This document shows, one piece after another, positions 41,933-52,499 of a DNA stretch of 64,000 nucleotides. The notes under the pieces were generated by a model. That model was given only the letters and a program-made list of their open reading frames with translations, did no database searches and was not told the DNA's origin. How positions within the stretch are numbered: the first letter of the stretch is position 1; every line of letters starts with the position of its first letter. The translations under genes and the position numbers were made by a program. Source of the DNA: an uncultured delta proteobacterium (lineage in GTDB: Bacteria > Myxococcota > Myxococcia > Myxococcales > Myxococcaceae); the NCBI GenBank assembly GCA_963771175.1, contig CAVYSY010000052.1, positions 192,001 through 256,000 of the forward strand, read 5' to 3'.

Positions 41933-43180
41933 ATGAGGCACGCATCACACGAAGGAAGGGCGCTGGCGCTGCTGCTGCTGCTGCTGCTGCCGGTGCGGCC
42001 CACGCGACCATCGACGGGGTCACCGGGCCCCAATTCGAGCTCATCGCGCGGGAGGGCTTCATCCTGACTCCGGATGGCAACAGCATCTACACCTGGGGCT
42101 ACGGCGTGGCGGGAGGAGACATGCAGTACCCCGGCCCCACCCTCATCGTGAACCAGGGGGAGCTCGTCACCCTTCAGCTGACCAACGAGCTGCCCGTCCC
42201 GGTGTCGATTGTCTTTCCCGGCCAGGAAGGCGTGGCGGCCACGGGCGGTGTGCCGGGGCTGCTGACCCGCGAGGCCGGGCCGGGCGAGTCCGTGAGCTAT
42301 ACGTTCCGGGCGAGCGAGCCGGGCACGTACCTCTACCACAGCGGCACCCGGCCCGAGCTCCAGGTGGAGATGGGGCTGGTGGGCGCGCTCATCGTCCGTC
42401 CGGCCACCCCCGGGCAGGCCTACTCGCACCCCGCCACGGCCTTCGATCATGAGTACCTCTTCCTGCTCACGGAGATGGATCCGCGCATCCACGAGCAGGT
42501 GGAGCAGGGGAGGATGGAGCAGGTGGACACGACCGACTACCGCCCGGTCTACTGGTTCATCAACGGGCGTGCCTCGCCGGACACCATGGCCCCGGCCGGC
42601 GCGCCCTGGCTGCCGAACCAGCCCTACGACTGCATGCCGATGATGCACCCGGGGGAGACGATCCTGCTGCGGATGATCGGCGCCGGGAGGGATCCGCATC
42701 CGTTCCACACGCACGGCAACCACGCGACCGTCATCGCCCGGGACGGCACGGCTGCTGGAGAGCGCTCCCGGCTTGGGACCGGACCTGGCGCGTGAGCACT
42801 TCACCGTGACGGTGGCGCCCGGGCAGACGACGGACGCGCTGTTCCGGTGGACCGGTGAGAAGCTCGGCTGGGACATCTACGGCCACGCCGCGGGCGACGC
42901 GCCGCAGCCGGGCGAGTACGCGCCGGACCATGGCAAGCCCTTCCCCGTGGCGCTGCCCCACAGCAACGAGCTCACCTTCGGCGACTTCTACAGCGGCACG
43001 CCCTTCCTCGGGGTGCTCGGGCCGCTCCCTCCCGGACAGGGGACGCTCAACCTGGAGGGCAGGGCTACTTCTTCATGTGGCACTCCCATGCCGAGCGGGA
43101 GATGGTGAACAACGACGTCTTCCCCGGGGGGATGATGACCATGCTCATGATCGTCCCCCCGGGCGTCGACGATTCCGTGA
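41933..43180 (+). CDS. Two-domain multicopper-oxidase-like subunit B (frameshifted)
   Basis: Poly-Leu signal; PGPTLIVNQG; domain 1 degenerate (VSIVFPG, YHSGT); domain 2 HPFHTHG and WHSH. The stop at 43180 is inferred across an indel. Confidence 0.82.
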
Positions 43181-43197
43181 AGGAAGAGGGTGGAGAC

Positions 43198-44211
43198 ATG
43201 AGGACGTGTCACGGTCGATCGCTGCTCTTCCTCGGCCTGGTGGTGGCCTCCCTCGAGGCCTCCGCCGCCGAGTACTTCCTCCAGGTCCAGCCCCTGTCCC
43301 GCACCATGCCCGATGGGCAGGTCGTCACGATGTGGGGGTACGCACTGGACGAGGATCACGACTTCACGACCCTGGACTCGCCAGTCACCGTGCCAGGGCC
43401 GCGGCTCGAGGTGCCCGCTGGGGACACGACGCTGACCGTCCACCTCTACAACGGGCTGACGGTCCCCACCTCGCTGCTCCTCCCGGGCCAGGTGACGGCC
43501 CTGTCACCGACCTGGGTGGATGGCGGCGCCGTCTACGTGGGCCAGCGGCCCGCGGGCAACGTCACCGCCCGGGTCCGCTCCCTCACGCAGGAGACGGCTC
43601 CCGGGACGGCCGGGGTGTACTCGTGGACGGGCTTGAAGCCAGGGACGTGGCTGTACCAGAGCGGCACCCACTCGGCGGTCCAGGTCCAGATGGGGCTGTA
43701 TGGCGCGATGGTGAAGGCGGCTGGCGCCGGCGAGGCCTACCCTGGCATTGCGTACGAGCGGGAGGTCACCCTCCTCTTCAGCGAGGTAGACCCGGTCCTC
43801 CACGAGGCGGTGGCCAGTGGCACCTATGGGCCGGGCGGCACCGTCACCAGCACCATCGGCTACCAGCCGCGGTACTTCCTCATCAATGGTGAGCCGTACT
43901 CGGCCGCGGTGAGCCCGTTGCCCGCGGGGCGCGTGGGGGAGCGGATCCTCCTGCGCTTCCTCAGCGCCGGACAGCAGACGCGAGTCCCGGTGCTGCAGGG
44001 CGCATACCTGTCGCTGGTGGCGGAGGGAGGGAGCCCACTGCGCTACCCCCAGCGCCAGTACTCGGTGCTGCTGCCAGCGGGCGGCACGGTGGATGCGTTG
44101 CTGACCCCGGGGGCCCCGGGAGTCCTGCCGCTGTACGACCGGCGGCTGGGGCTCTCCAACGGCACGGCCACCGGTGGAGGAATGCTGCGCCTGCTCCAGG
44201 TCTCCCCTTGA
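43198..44211 (+). CDS. Two-domain cupredoxin subunit C, lacking copper ligands
   Basis: RBS and signal peptide ending ASA; VPGPRLEV, TSLLLPG, YQSGTHSAVQVQMGLYG, YFLING. Confidence 0.85.
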   Translation: MRTCHGRSLLFLGLVVASLEASAAEYFLQVQPLSRTMPDGQVVTMWGYALDEDHDFTTLDSPVTVPGPRLEVPAGDTTLTVHLYNGLTVPTSLLLPGQVTALSPTWVDGGAVYVGQRPAGNVTARVRSLTQETAPGTAGVYSWTGLKPGTWLYQSGTHSAVQVQMGLYGAMVKAAGAGEAYPGIAYEREVTLLFSEVDPVLHEAVASGTYGPGGTVTSTIGYQPRYFLINGEPYSAAVSPLPAGRVGERILLRFLSAGQQTRVPVLQGAYLSLVAEGGSPLRYPQRQYSVLLPAGGTVDALLTPGAPGVLPLYDRRLGLSNGTATGGGMLRLLQVSP

Positions 44212-44243
44212 GGGCCCGGCGGCCCGCGAGGCAGGGAGGAAAC

Positions 44244-44705
44244 ATGCACGGAAGAACCGCGAGCTGCTCGGTACTGGGCGTGACGGCCCTGGCGATGCAC
44301 CTCCTGCTGGGGGCGGCGGGCTGCGCCTCCAGCCGCTCCGTGAGGGCTCCAGCGGCGACACCGCGGGAGGAGCTCGCGGAGCGATGGGGGGTGGAGGTGC
44401 AAGGGATTCGGCGGGTGGCCGCTGGCTACGTCCTGGACTTCCGCTACCGGGTGGTGGATCCGGAGAAGGCGGCGCCACTGTTCGAGCGGCGCGTGAAACC
44501 CTACCTCGAGGACCCCTCGACGGGCGCGAGGTTCCAGGTCCCCAGGCCACCCAAGGTCGGCTCGCTCCGTCAGACCCCAGCCGCGCCCGTGGACAACCGG
44601 ACCTACTTCATCCTGTTCGCCAACCCGGGCCGTGCCCTCGAGCCGGGAAGCCGGGTGACGGTAGTGATTGGAGACTTCCAGGCGACAGACGTGACGGTGG
44701 AGTAG
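44244..44705 (+). CDS. Small beta-rich lipoprotein, last gene of the oxidase operon
   Basis: GGAGG RBS; lipobox AAGC; WGVEV..IR..AAGY.LDFRYRV.DPEKA, YFILFANPG. Confidence 0.8.
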   Translation: MHGRTASCSVLGVTALAMHLLLGAAGCASSRSVRAPAATPREELAERWGVEVQGIRRVAAGYVLDFRYRVVDPEKAAPLFERRVKPYLEDPSTGARFQVPRPPKVGSLRQTPAAPVDNRTYFILFANPGRALEPGSRVTVVIGDFQATDVTVE

Positions 44706-44736
44706 GCCCCCATGGACACGAGCGCGTCGAGCCGGT

Positions 44737-45480
44737 CTACGGAGTGGAGGCCGGCATGCAACCCCACTGCTTCAGGTCCTCGGAGACCGTGGTGCATCGC
44801 CATCCCTTGCCACAGGAATCCAGGTCGAGTGGATCGCACCGGCTGAAGCACGTGCTCACGGTGGCGCTCCCCATTCCGCAAATCTGACCGCCGGGGCAGC
44901 TGTCCGCCAGCAGCGGATTGCAGATGCGCGCGCACCAGAAGACTCCGTGAGCCCGAATCACCTCCGCGTTACAGCGTTCGCCCGGGCCACACGGCGTTTC
45001 GGGACAGTCCCCCTGGATGCGCGCGAGGCATCGGTATTCGGAGTCGCCGAGGCGTTTGCACCGTTCTCCCCGAGGACAGCCGAGCTTCCGGCAGTCCGCA
45101 TGGCACGCCGGGCCATCGAGGGAATCCTCACACGAATGTCCATCGGGACAGCTCAACGGCTCATCCAGCCGACAACGCACGCCACATGTCCCGGAGAGGC
45201 ACACCAGCCCCTCCCGACAAGCCCCCCCCGGAGAGACGTACCCGAAATCGCATGGCTCTCCTTCTCCGCGTTCACCCTCGGGCGTGCAGCGGCGGACGAC
45301 CACGCCCGTGGCCCCGGTGGTCACCGCACGGCAGACGGAGCCAGGGAAGCAATGCACGTCCTCCTCGCATTCCGAGGCCATGCACTCGAAGCGGCGGGTC
45401 TCTCGATTTCCCACACACCCCTGCCCCGGCGGACAGTCGCCATCGATACGGCAACTCCCACAATTGAAGAACGTCCCCGC
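44737..45480 (-). CDS. Cysteine-rich repeat protein, 5' end disrupted or uncertain
   Basis: More than 30 Cys in C-x(4-5)-C units. The frame stays open upstream of the called GTG (CGSCRIDGDCPPGQGC) but has no signal peptide or clear start. Confidence 0.6.
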   Translation of the reverse strand, partial: AGTFFNCGSCRIDGDCPPGQGCVGNRETRRFECMASECEEDVHCFPGSVCRAVTTGATGVVVRRCTPEGERGEGEPCDFGYVSPGGACREGLVCLSGTCGVRCRLDEPLSCPDGHSCEDSLDGPACHADCRKLGCPRGERCKRLGDSEYRCLARIQGDCPETPCGPGERCNAEVIRAHGVFWCARICNPLLADSCPGGQICGMGSATVSTCFSRCDPLDLDSCGKGWRCTTVSEDLKQWGCMPASTP

Positions 45481-45830
45481 CTCATTCCACGTGCAGCGAA
45501 AGGCGGAGGCGGGAAGACCATCTGGCGTGTGGTTTCCTTTTTCCCGGGCTCACCACTACAAGGGCAGAACCGGTGCGGTGCCGTTCGTCCCAGTTCCGCA
45601 TGGCGGACAAGCTGCGTCGTTGCGTGCCGTACCGGGCCGGCTGACACGCACGTTCTCGCCTTCCGCACCGGCGGGAACGAAGGCTCCACGGCTCCATTGA
45701 GTCGCCCAGATGGCTTGAATGGTCGGAATCACCCGTCCGAGGAATCTGGTCGCATTCGCCAGCTTTTTCTCGACTGTCCGCATTTGTCGAAGGTGACCGC
45801 TAGAGTGGGAATCCCCCATCGGAGGCGCTG

Positions 45831-47159
45831 ATGACGTCCACGCTGCTGCTGCTGCTGCTGCTCTCCCAGGAGGAAGGGCCTGACAACCCACCCGCTGGGG
45901 CCACGGAGCCACCGCTGTCGGCCTCCCCGGCAGGAAAGTGGCGATACCTGGCGCGAATGGAGGCCTCCGGACTGGCGCTGCTGCCGCGGGCGGGCGCGGG
46001 CGCGGAGGAAGCCTTCGCGCAGGTGGAGCCCACGCTCATTCTCGACGGTGGGGCGGAGCTCGGCCTCAACCTCGGTGCCCCCGTGCGGCTGCGCCTAGGG
46101 CGCGGCGGTGAGGGCGCGGGCCTCGTCCGCCGGGAGGACTGGGACAGCCTCTCGGACTGGGGGCAACTCGTCCGCGGCCTCAAGCTGGGCTCGGACAACG
46201 CGCCCGTGGCCCTCTGGGTGGGCGGGCTGGAGGGCTACAGCCTCCTCTCCGCGCACCTGGTGCGCCGCTACTCCAACCGGGCCAACCCGGACTACCACCC
46301 GGCGGGCGCCTTCCTCACCGGCACGCTGGGGCCCCTCTACGCCGAGGCCTTCGCCTCGGACGTGCTGGGCGCGCGGCTGCTGGGCGCGGAGGTGGCGCTG
46401 GACGTGCAGCACCTCCTCCTTGGCCAACCCAGGCAGCGCGGGCGCTACACGCTGGCACTGTCCGCCGTGCATGACTGGGGCAGGGCCGGAGGGCAGGCAC
46501 CCCCGGTGACGCTGGCGCATGTGGACGGGACGGCGGTGGTGGTGGTGCGCCCGGGCTTCGAGGCGCACGTGCTCGCCGGCTGGGGCGGACGGCCGGGCCA
46601 GGGCGGCGCGTGGGGCGCCGTGGTGGGGGCTGGCGCGGATACGGTGACGCCCACCCTGGACATGACGCTGCGGCTGGAGGTGCGCAGGCAGCACGGGGGC
46701 TTTCGCCAGGGGTACTTCGGCCCGAACTACGAGTTGGCGCGCTTCCGGGCGGTGGGCCCCGAGGGCGTGCCTGTGGCCGAGGCGCCCTTCCCCGACGGCT
46801 TCTCCCTCTACGCTGAGGCGGTGGTGGGGTGGGACTCCGTGCGCTACGGCGGGCTGCAGAAGCACTTGCAGCTTTCGCTCGCCGCCGAGGCCTTCACCTG
46901 GGGCCGCTTCGACGTGGACGGGCGCGTGGCGGTGCAGCTCTTCGGCCGCGGCCTCGAGGTGGCCGTGAAGGGCCTCGCGGTGGGCATGGGGCAGCCTGGG
47001 GCGCGCTACCTGGGCGCGGCGGAGGTGCGCTGGCGCTTCCTCGGGGGGCGCCTGTACGCGCTGGGCACGGCCGGCACGCTGCTGTTTCCGGAAGGCGGGG
47101 GCGCGCTGCGCCCGGGCGCCTTCGTTTCCATGGGCCTGGGGGTGGACAATGCGCGCTGA
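45831..47159 (+). CDS. Putative outer-membrane beta-barrel protein coupled to a toxin gene
   Basis: Short hydrophobic leader, alternating amphipathic strands, 11-bp overlap with the toxin start. Confidence 0.7.
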   Translation: MTSTLLLLLLLSQEEGPDNPPAGATEPPLSASPAGKWRYLARMEASGLALLPRAGAGAEEAFAQVEPTLILDGGAELGLNLGAPVRLRLGRGGEGAGLVRREDWDSLSDWGQLVRGLKLGSDNAPVALWVGGLEGYSLLSAHLVRRYSNRANPDYHPAGAFLTGTLGPLYAEAFASDVLGARLLGAEVALDVQHLLLGQPRQRGRYTLALSAVHDWGRAGGQAPPVTLAHVDGTAVVVVRPGFEAHVLAGWGGRPGQGGAWGAVVGAGADTVTPTLDMTLRLEVRRQHGGFRQGYFGPNYELARFRAVGPEGVPVAEAPFPDGFSLYAEAVVGWDSVRYGGLQKHLQLSLAAEAFTWGRFDVDGRVAVQLFGRGLEVAVKGLAVGMGQPGARYLGAAEVRWRFLGGRLYALGTAGTLLFPEGGGALRPGAFVSMGLGVDNAR

Positions 47160-48695
47160 CTCGTCAGGGGCGAAGGGGACGGGGCTGTTGCTCGCCCTGG
47201 CCCTCCTGTCCAACGCCTGTGTGTCGCTGACGCCACCGCCTGGCCCGGGGCGGAGCCTGCGCTACACCCCGCACGACGCCACCGGGCCCGCCGTGGCCGG
47301 AGGGGCGGGCGAGGTGTCGCCGCTCGTCCTCGACTCCCAGCCGCCCTCCCCGCCTGCGCCCGAGGCACCGGAGCGGCTGCACCGTCGCCGCGGCTCCCGG
47401 GAGGCGGTGACGGGGGCCGGCCCTGGCAGCGCCGACGCCACAGTGTGGCAGGGCGCTCTCGCTGCCCACCTGTCCTTTCGCAAGGGCGTGGGCGAGGTGT
47501 CCGGCACCACCCGCCGCCTCTCCCGCGAGCTCTCCAGGCTCAGGGCCAGCCACTTCGGCATCGCTGGCGGGGCCAACGGCCTCTTCGTCCCCTACGTCGA
47601 CTACGGCGAAGCTCAGTTGCGGTGGATTGACGCCGAGCTCGCCGCCGCCACGGAGCTGGCCGCCGAGGCCTCGGAGGTGGAGGACCCGGACATGCAGCTC
47701 GCCCTGCTGCGCCTCGCCGGCCCACGGCTGGAGGCCGCCATGCTGGGCTCCATGCTGCTGGCCGTGTGGTTCGACTTCCTCAACCTCACCGACGCCTCGC
47801 TCTCCCGGAACCTCTACAGCGTGGAGACGCTCTACGTGAAGATGGACGACTGGCAGAAGATGCTGGAGCCCTCCATGGCCGCACTCTCGTCCGTGGAGCC
47901 GGAGCAGGTGGAGTCAGCGGTGGAGGACATGCCCGCCCTGGTAGGCCACCTCACGGACGAGTTCTCCGCGGTCCTCGAGGCCATTCACAAGGGGCAGAAA
48001 GTCCTCGCGACGGTGCTGGTGCTGAAGGAGTCCATGGAGGCGCTCACCACAATGTCGGTGCTGAAGTTCACGTTGCCCGCGCTGCGCGCGGCTACTCCCG
48101 CCATGCTCGGCGCGAGCCTCATGGCGGGCACCGAGGGGTTGATGATGGGGACGCGGATTGTGGTGTCCGCCGAGTGGGTGGAGATGATGCGCCAGTTGGT
48201 GCGCGCGGGCGTCCTCTCCGTGCCCGCCGTCAGCGCCATTGTGCGGATTCAGGCCGGCCAGGTGATGATGGCGCAGGGGCACGGCGACCTCCCGCGGGGC
48301 GTGCGCGACGCGCTGGGCGATGCGCCCGAGGTGCGGGCCATGCGCGTGACGGGCAAAACGGGCGCCGGCATGGCCGAGCGCCCTCGTCACCACGTCATGC
48401 CGAAGGAGTTCCGCGAGTGGTTCGAGAAGCGCGGCTTCACCGGCAAGATGAGCATCGACTGGTTCTGCGTCACGCTGCAGCAGGCACACCACCAGGCGAT
48501 TCACGGCGGTGGACGACTGGAAGCTGGGACGCACATGGCCCGGCGAATGGAACCGGATGTTCATGGAGGCGCTGTACGAGGCCGAGGCCAAGGCTGGCCG
48601 GATGTTGACGCGGAACGAGGTCTTGAAGATCGTAGCGGAGCTATATGAAGTTCTACGACATCCCGATGAACTTCGTCCGCTGTCGTGGGAAATGA
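47149..48695 (+). CDS. Long-form DUF2380 lipoprotein toxin, copy 1 (frameshifts near 48510 and 48645)
   Basis: Lipobox LSNAC; HHVMPKEFREWF...HQAIHGGG...WPGEWN; colinear with 54800-56335. Confidence 0.82.
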
Positions 48696-48698
48696 GCG

Positions 48699-49171
48699 AT
48701 GACCGACGGACGTTCCTGGGAGGGTAACTGGAGGGTGCGCCTGTACGAGCGGGTCCGCGAGCGAGGTTACGACTCGCTCACCGCCTTCGCCGAGGCGCGC
48801 CCCACTGCTTCGCTGATGGCTGCTGGCCGAGGAGCTTGGGTCCGGACGACATCGCCGGAGTGCAGGTGTTCAGCGGGTTGCTCGCCGAGGCGGAGCGACG
48901 CCACCAGGTCACACGCTTCGTGCGCGATCTGCTCGTGCGCGATGTGGCGAGAGTCTTCCCGACGGCTGGCCGGCCGTGCTCGACGACGCGAACCGCTTCA
49001 AGGTCGCCAAGGCGCTCGGCACGTGGACCGCCGACACCCCAGAAACCCACAAGGAGCGCGTCAGGCAGGCCCGGGCGAGCGCTCCGCGCCACGCCACCGC
49101 CGCCCGGCTGGCGCCCGCTCGGGCCCGACGACGAGCTGCTGCTGACGCTCCTGCCCGACGAAGCAGCCTAG
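48699..49171 (+). CDS. Putative immunity protein (frameshifted)
   Basis: WEGNW..RLYERVRERG...PPPGWRPLGPDDELL; directly behind the toxin, with two more paralogues at 56.3-57.3 kb. Confidence 0.75.
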
Positions 49172-49229
49172 CTTCAAGCCTCGGGCGAGCCGGGCCGTGC
49201 GGCTGACAGCGCCCGCTACTGGGGAAACG

Positions 49230-50157
49230 TCACGTTGCCAAGAGTGACGGCGCGCTGCCGCTCCGCGTCCCAGAGGATGAGGGTGTACGTACCCGGGGCT
49301 CCTTCTCCGTGGCCAGTACCTCCACCACGACGCGGCCCCGCTTGCCCTCGGCGCCTGGGGTGGGAGGGAGGATCGGCTCGGACGGCCAGAGCGGGAGCGG
49401 CTTCAACACCTCGTCCTTGGCGCTACGCAAGACCGCACCCGCCGCCGTCCAGGGCGTCGTGCCCGGATTAAGAGAAGTATACCTCCACCGCCACCCGCCT
49501 GGCGCGGTAGCTGGCGACGCGGTCTTTGGCGAGGGCGTTGCCTTCCTTTTCTGTGACGTCGTTCGACAAGTCCTTGACGGCAACCCCCCTGCCGCCAGCT
49601 ACCAAGCCGGAGGCGATGGCGCCCCTCAGTCCGTCCGGCACGCCGCGTTCGGCGCGGAGCTGCTGAACCTCAACCCGCAGGCTCCGAGCCTCATCCTGGG
49701 CCTCCTTCGCGACTTGCTGGTAGTAGGCCACCGGGCGCGGTTGGCGGAACACCGCTGCACCTGATGCATCCCGAGCCCGGGATGCACCACGAGCACGAAG
49801 GAGGCGCACGCCGGGGCGGCACCGTCCGCGAAGCAGACTTCCAGTTCGGAGCGCTTGCCCGCGACCAGGTTGTCGCGAGGGACCAGCGCGAAGGTCTGCT
49901 GCCCCGCGGACCAATCCTCGAACCAACCCCGGTCCTCGATTTTCAGGGACTGCTGCTGGAGCGCGGAGTCGAAGCGAAAGGTAATGGGCAGGCCGGGGCT
50001 GAGACACACCACGGGCGGCCTTCCCCCAGGCGTGGCGGACAGCTCGATGCGCGGGCTCGCCGACTGCGCACTCGTCCGCGGAGGGAGCCGCGGAAACTTC
50101 GGCGGGAGTGGACAGGAGCGCCAGCGCCAGGAGGCCGGAGGGGGATGCGAGGAGCAC
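49230..50157 (-). CDS. DUF2381 (TIGR02268-like) secreted protein, frameshifted
   Basis: VCLSPGLPITFRFDS, LEVCFADGAAPACASFVLVVHP, NPGTTPWTAAGAVL. Confidence 0.8.
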
Positions 50158-50270
50158 GGGAAATCAACCTCGAAAGAGGCGCGGGGAGTCGCCCCGGAAG
50201 CATGGGCCTCTACCACACCTCCGCGATCCCTGTGCCCGGCCTCCGCCGCCAGCCGAACCCAGGCACCGCC

Positions 50271-52499
50271 CTATTCGAAGCGCTCCACCGCCCGGACGTC
50301 CGCTGCGAGAGAAGACGACAGCGGAATCAGGACCGCCGTCCCGCTGGATCTTGACGCCACGATCGCGTCCGGTACCGAAGCTCCAAGCAGACCGAGTACG
50401 TCTGCCCGCCCCGCGATCTGGCTTGCCTGGCCTGAGTGAAGCGACCGTAGACGCGGTCCTGCCCAAAGATGAGCCGGCCGGAGAGGACGGTGCCCGCCTT
50501 CAGCGTCCCCAGGTCGTCCAGCAGCGTGAACGTGGTGAACTCGTTCACGGGGACGGGCTTGGAGCCGCCGACGACGGGGAATGTGGCCGGCGGCCTCGTC
50601 GTCAATGTCGATGTCCAGCTCCTTCATGGTGGCCAGGGCCTTGGCGGAGCAGTCCTCGGGCTTGGGCATGGGGCGCACCGGGGGCGTACCCGCGCAGGCG
50701 CCGAGGACGGCGCAGCAGGCGGCGCCGACGCACTTCTCCACGAAACGGGCGCGCATGCCCTTGCGCTGTAGCTGAGGAGCGGGCGTCTCTTCGGGCCTCG
50801 AGGGGGAGTCTTCCTTGCGAAGCATGGTGGCGAATCCGGGCGCGGGGGTGGGGGCCAGGTAGAAGGCCGCGCCCACCCCAGCTTCACGCCTCTCCTGGGA
50901 ACTCGCCACTTCACGGACGGCACAGAACGGCGCAGCAGGGCCCGCTCGCAGCGACTCGACAGGTGGTGAAGGCGAAACCACCGACCGCGCCGTGGAAGAC
51001 GAGCCGGGCGCCGGGCGCGTATGCACCACCCACGCGCCAGCGCTCGCCAGGGCCAGCGCCCCCACCGCCACCACGAAGAGCGCGGCGGGCCGGAGGGACG
51101 CCACCGCTACGGCGCGCACTGGAAACATCCCGAAGCTCGTGGGGAAGACGCGCGCGAGGGCCCGACGGAGGGGGGCGCGCGCCTTCCGCGAAGGCCCAGG
51201 CCGTGCGAGGCCCGGCGCCCGCCGTGGAGCGGGTTCCGCCCTGGCGGCAGCGGGGACTCCAGGCGGCGCAGACGGCGGGGCGGACTCGGGCACCGGAGGC
51301 GGCAGGCCCTCCCAGGCGTGTTGCGGCGCCACCTCCGCCAACACCGCCACGAGGGCCTCGGCTGGCGAGGCCGCGGCCCGCGCCACCTTCGCGGGGGCAG
51401 GAGGCTCGGCCAGCTTCGCTGGCAGGGGGGCGGGGACGGCCGGAGTGCCGTCGCTCTCCCGCACCGGCTGCGGCTTCTGGGCGGCCTTGCGTCCACGCCG
51501 GGGACGGTCCGCCTTCCACGCGAGGCCCGCCTGCGCCTCCCCTGCCGGGGGCCCCATGCCGGGAACCTTCACCGTGGGCGTCGCGTCCGGCGCATCCGGG
51601 TCCATCAGCGGCACGTCCCAGCGCGCGTCCCCGTCCGCCGCGGCGAGGGCCGCGTCCAGGGCGCCACACAGCTCCACGTAGTCGGAAAAGCGCGCCTCCC
51701 TCCCCTTCTCCAACATGCGCATGCACACGGCGCTCAAAGCCGGGGGCACGCGCGGGTTGCGCTCGTGAGGCGCGGGCGGTGTCTGGGTGTGAATCCTGTC
51801 GTAGAGGCCCCCTTCAGCGCGGTGGCCGAAGGGCAGCACATCGGTGAGGAGCCAGTAGAGGGTGACGCCGAGGGCCCACAGCTCGTCGCCCACGTCGGGC
51901 CGATAGCCCGCCTTGCCCTGGGAGGTGTCCTGCGCATGGCGGACGAATTCGGGCGCGCGGTACTCGTCCGTCCCGGGCAGGTAGCGCTCGCCGGTGATGG
52001 TGGGCTCGCCCGCCAGGTAGCCAATGCCGAAATCCACGAGGACAGGCCGCCCATCCGAGTCGCGAATGAGGATGTTCTCCCGCTTCAAGTCCCGGTGCAG
52101 CACCCCCTGCTTGAGAATCTCGGCGAGCGCGAGCGCCACCTCGAGCAGGACGCGCACCACCTGGCGCGCGGTGGGGTTCTCCTCCAGCGCCCACTGCTCG
52201 AGCGTCCGGCCCACGACGAGGTCCATGATGAAGCACAGGTAGCCGTGGTCCGGGTCCGGCCACCTGTCGCACGCCCGGAAGCGGACGACGTTCTCGTGCA
52301 CCACGTGCCGGAGGATGGTGATTTCCCGCTGGCCCCAGCTCTCCAGCTCGCGGGCGCGGATGACCTTCATGGCGAAGGAGCGGCCCGCGCGCTCCACCTT
52401 GTAGACGAAGCCGAAACCACCGTCGCCCAGCTTCTCCTCCACACGGTAGTCCCCCACCATGTCACCGTACTCAGGGGGCTTGAAGGGCGGGGCATGCAT
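50271..52499 (-). CDS. Membrane Ser/Thr protein kinase (compensating frameshifts near the C-terminus)
   Basis: LGDGGFG, FAMK, HRDLKREN, VDFG, GTDEYRAPE; Pro/Ala linker, TM segment, internal lipobox-like VLGAC. Confidence 0.9.
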   Translation of the reverse strand: MHAPPFKPPEYGDMVGDYRVEEKLGDGGFGFVYKVERAGRSFAMKVIRARELESWGQREITILRHVVHENVVRFRACDRWPDPDHGYLCFIMDLVVGRTLEQWALEENPTARQVVRVLLEVALALAEILKQGVLHRDLKRENILIRDSDGRPVLVDFGIGYLAGEPTITGERYLPGTDEYRAPEFVRHAQDTSQGKAGYRPDVGDELWALGVTLYWLLTDVLPFGHRAEGGLYDRIHTQTPPAPHERNPRVPPALSAVCMRMLEKGREARFSDYVELCGALDAALAAADGDARWDVPLMDPDAPDATPTVKVPGMGPPAGEAQAGLAWKADRPRRGRKAAQKPQPVRESDGTPAVPAPLPAKLAEPPAPAKVARAAASPAEALVAVLAEVAPQHAWEGLPPPVPESAPPSAPPGVPAAARAEPAPRRAPGLARPGPSRKARAPLRRALARVFPTSFGMFPVRAVAVASLRPAALFVVAVGALALASAGAWVVHTRPAPGSSSTARSVVSPSPPVESLRAGPAAPFCAVREVASSQERREAGVGAAFYLAPTPAPGFATMLRKEDSPSRPEETPAPQLQRKGMRARFVEKCVGAACCAVLGACAGTPPVRPMPKPEDCSAKALATMKELDIDIDDEAAGHIPRRRRLQARPRERVHHVHAAGRPGDAEGGHRPLRPAHLWAGPRLRSLHSGQASQIAGRADVLGLLGASVPDAIVASRSSGTAVLIPLSSSLAADVRAVERFE

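Noticed and set aside
41966..41990. (GCT)n tracts here and near 45842 as phase-variation repeats
   Set aside because: Triplet repeats encoding poly-Leu signal peptides cannot shift the frame.
43075..44211. Apparent fusion of the subunit B tail to subunit C
   Set aside because: An RBS and signal peptide at 43198 and a stop at 43180 in a neighbouring frame point to an indel artefact.
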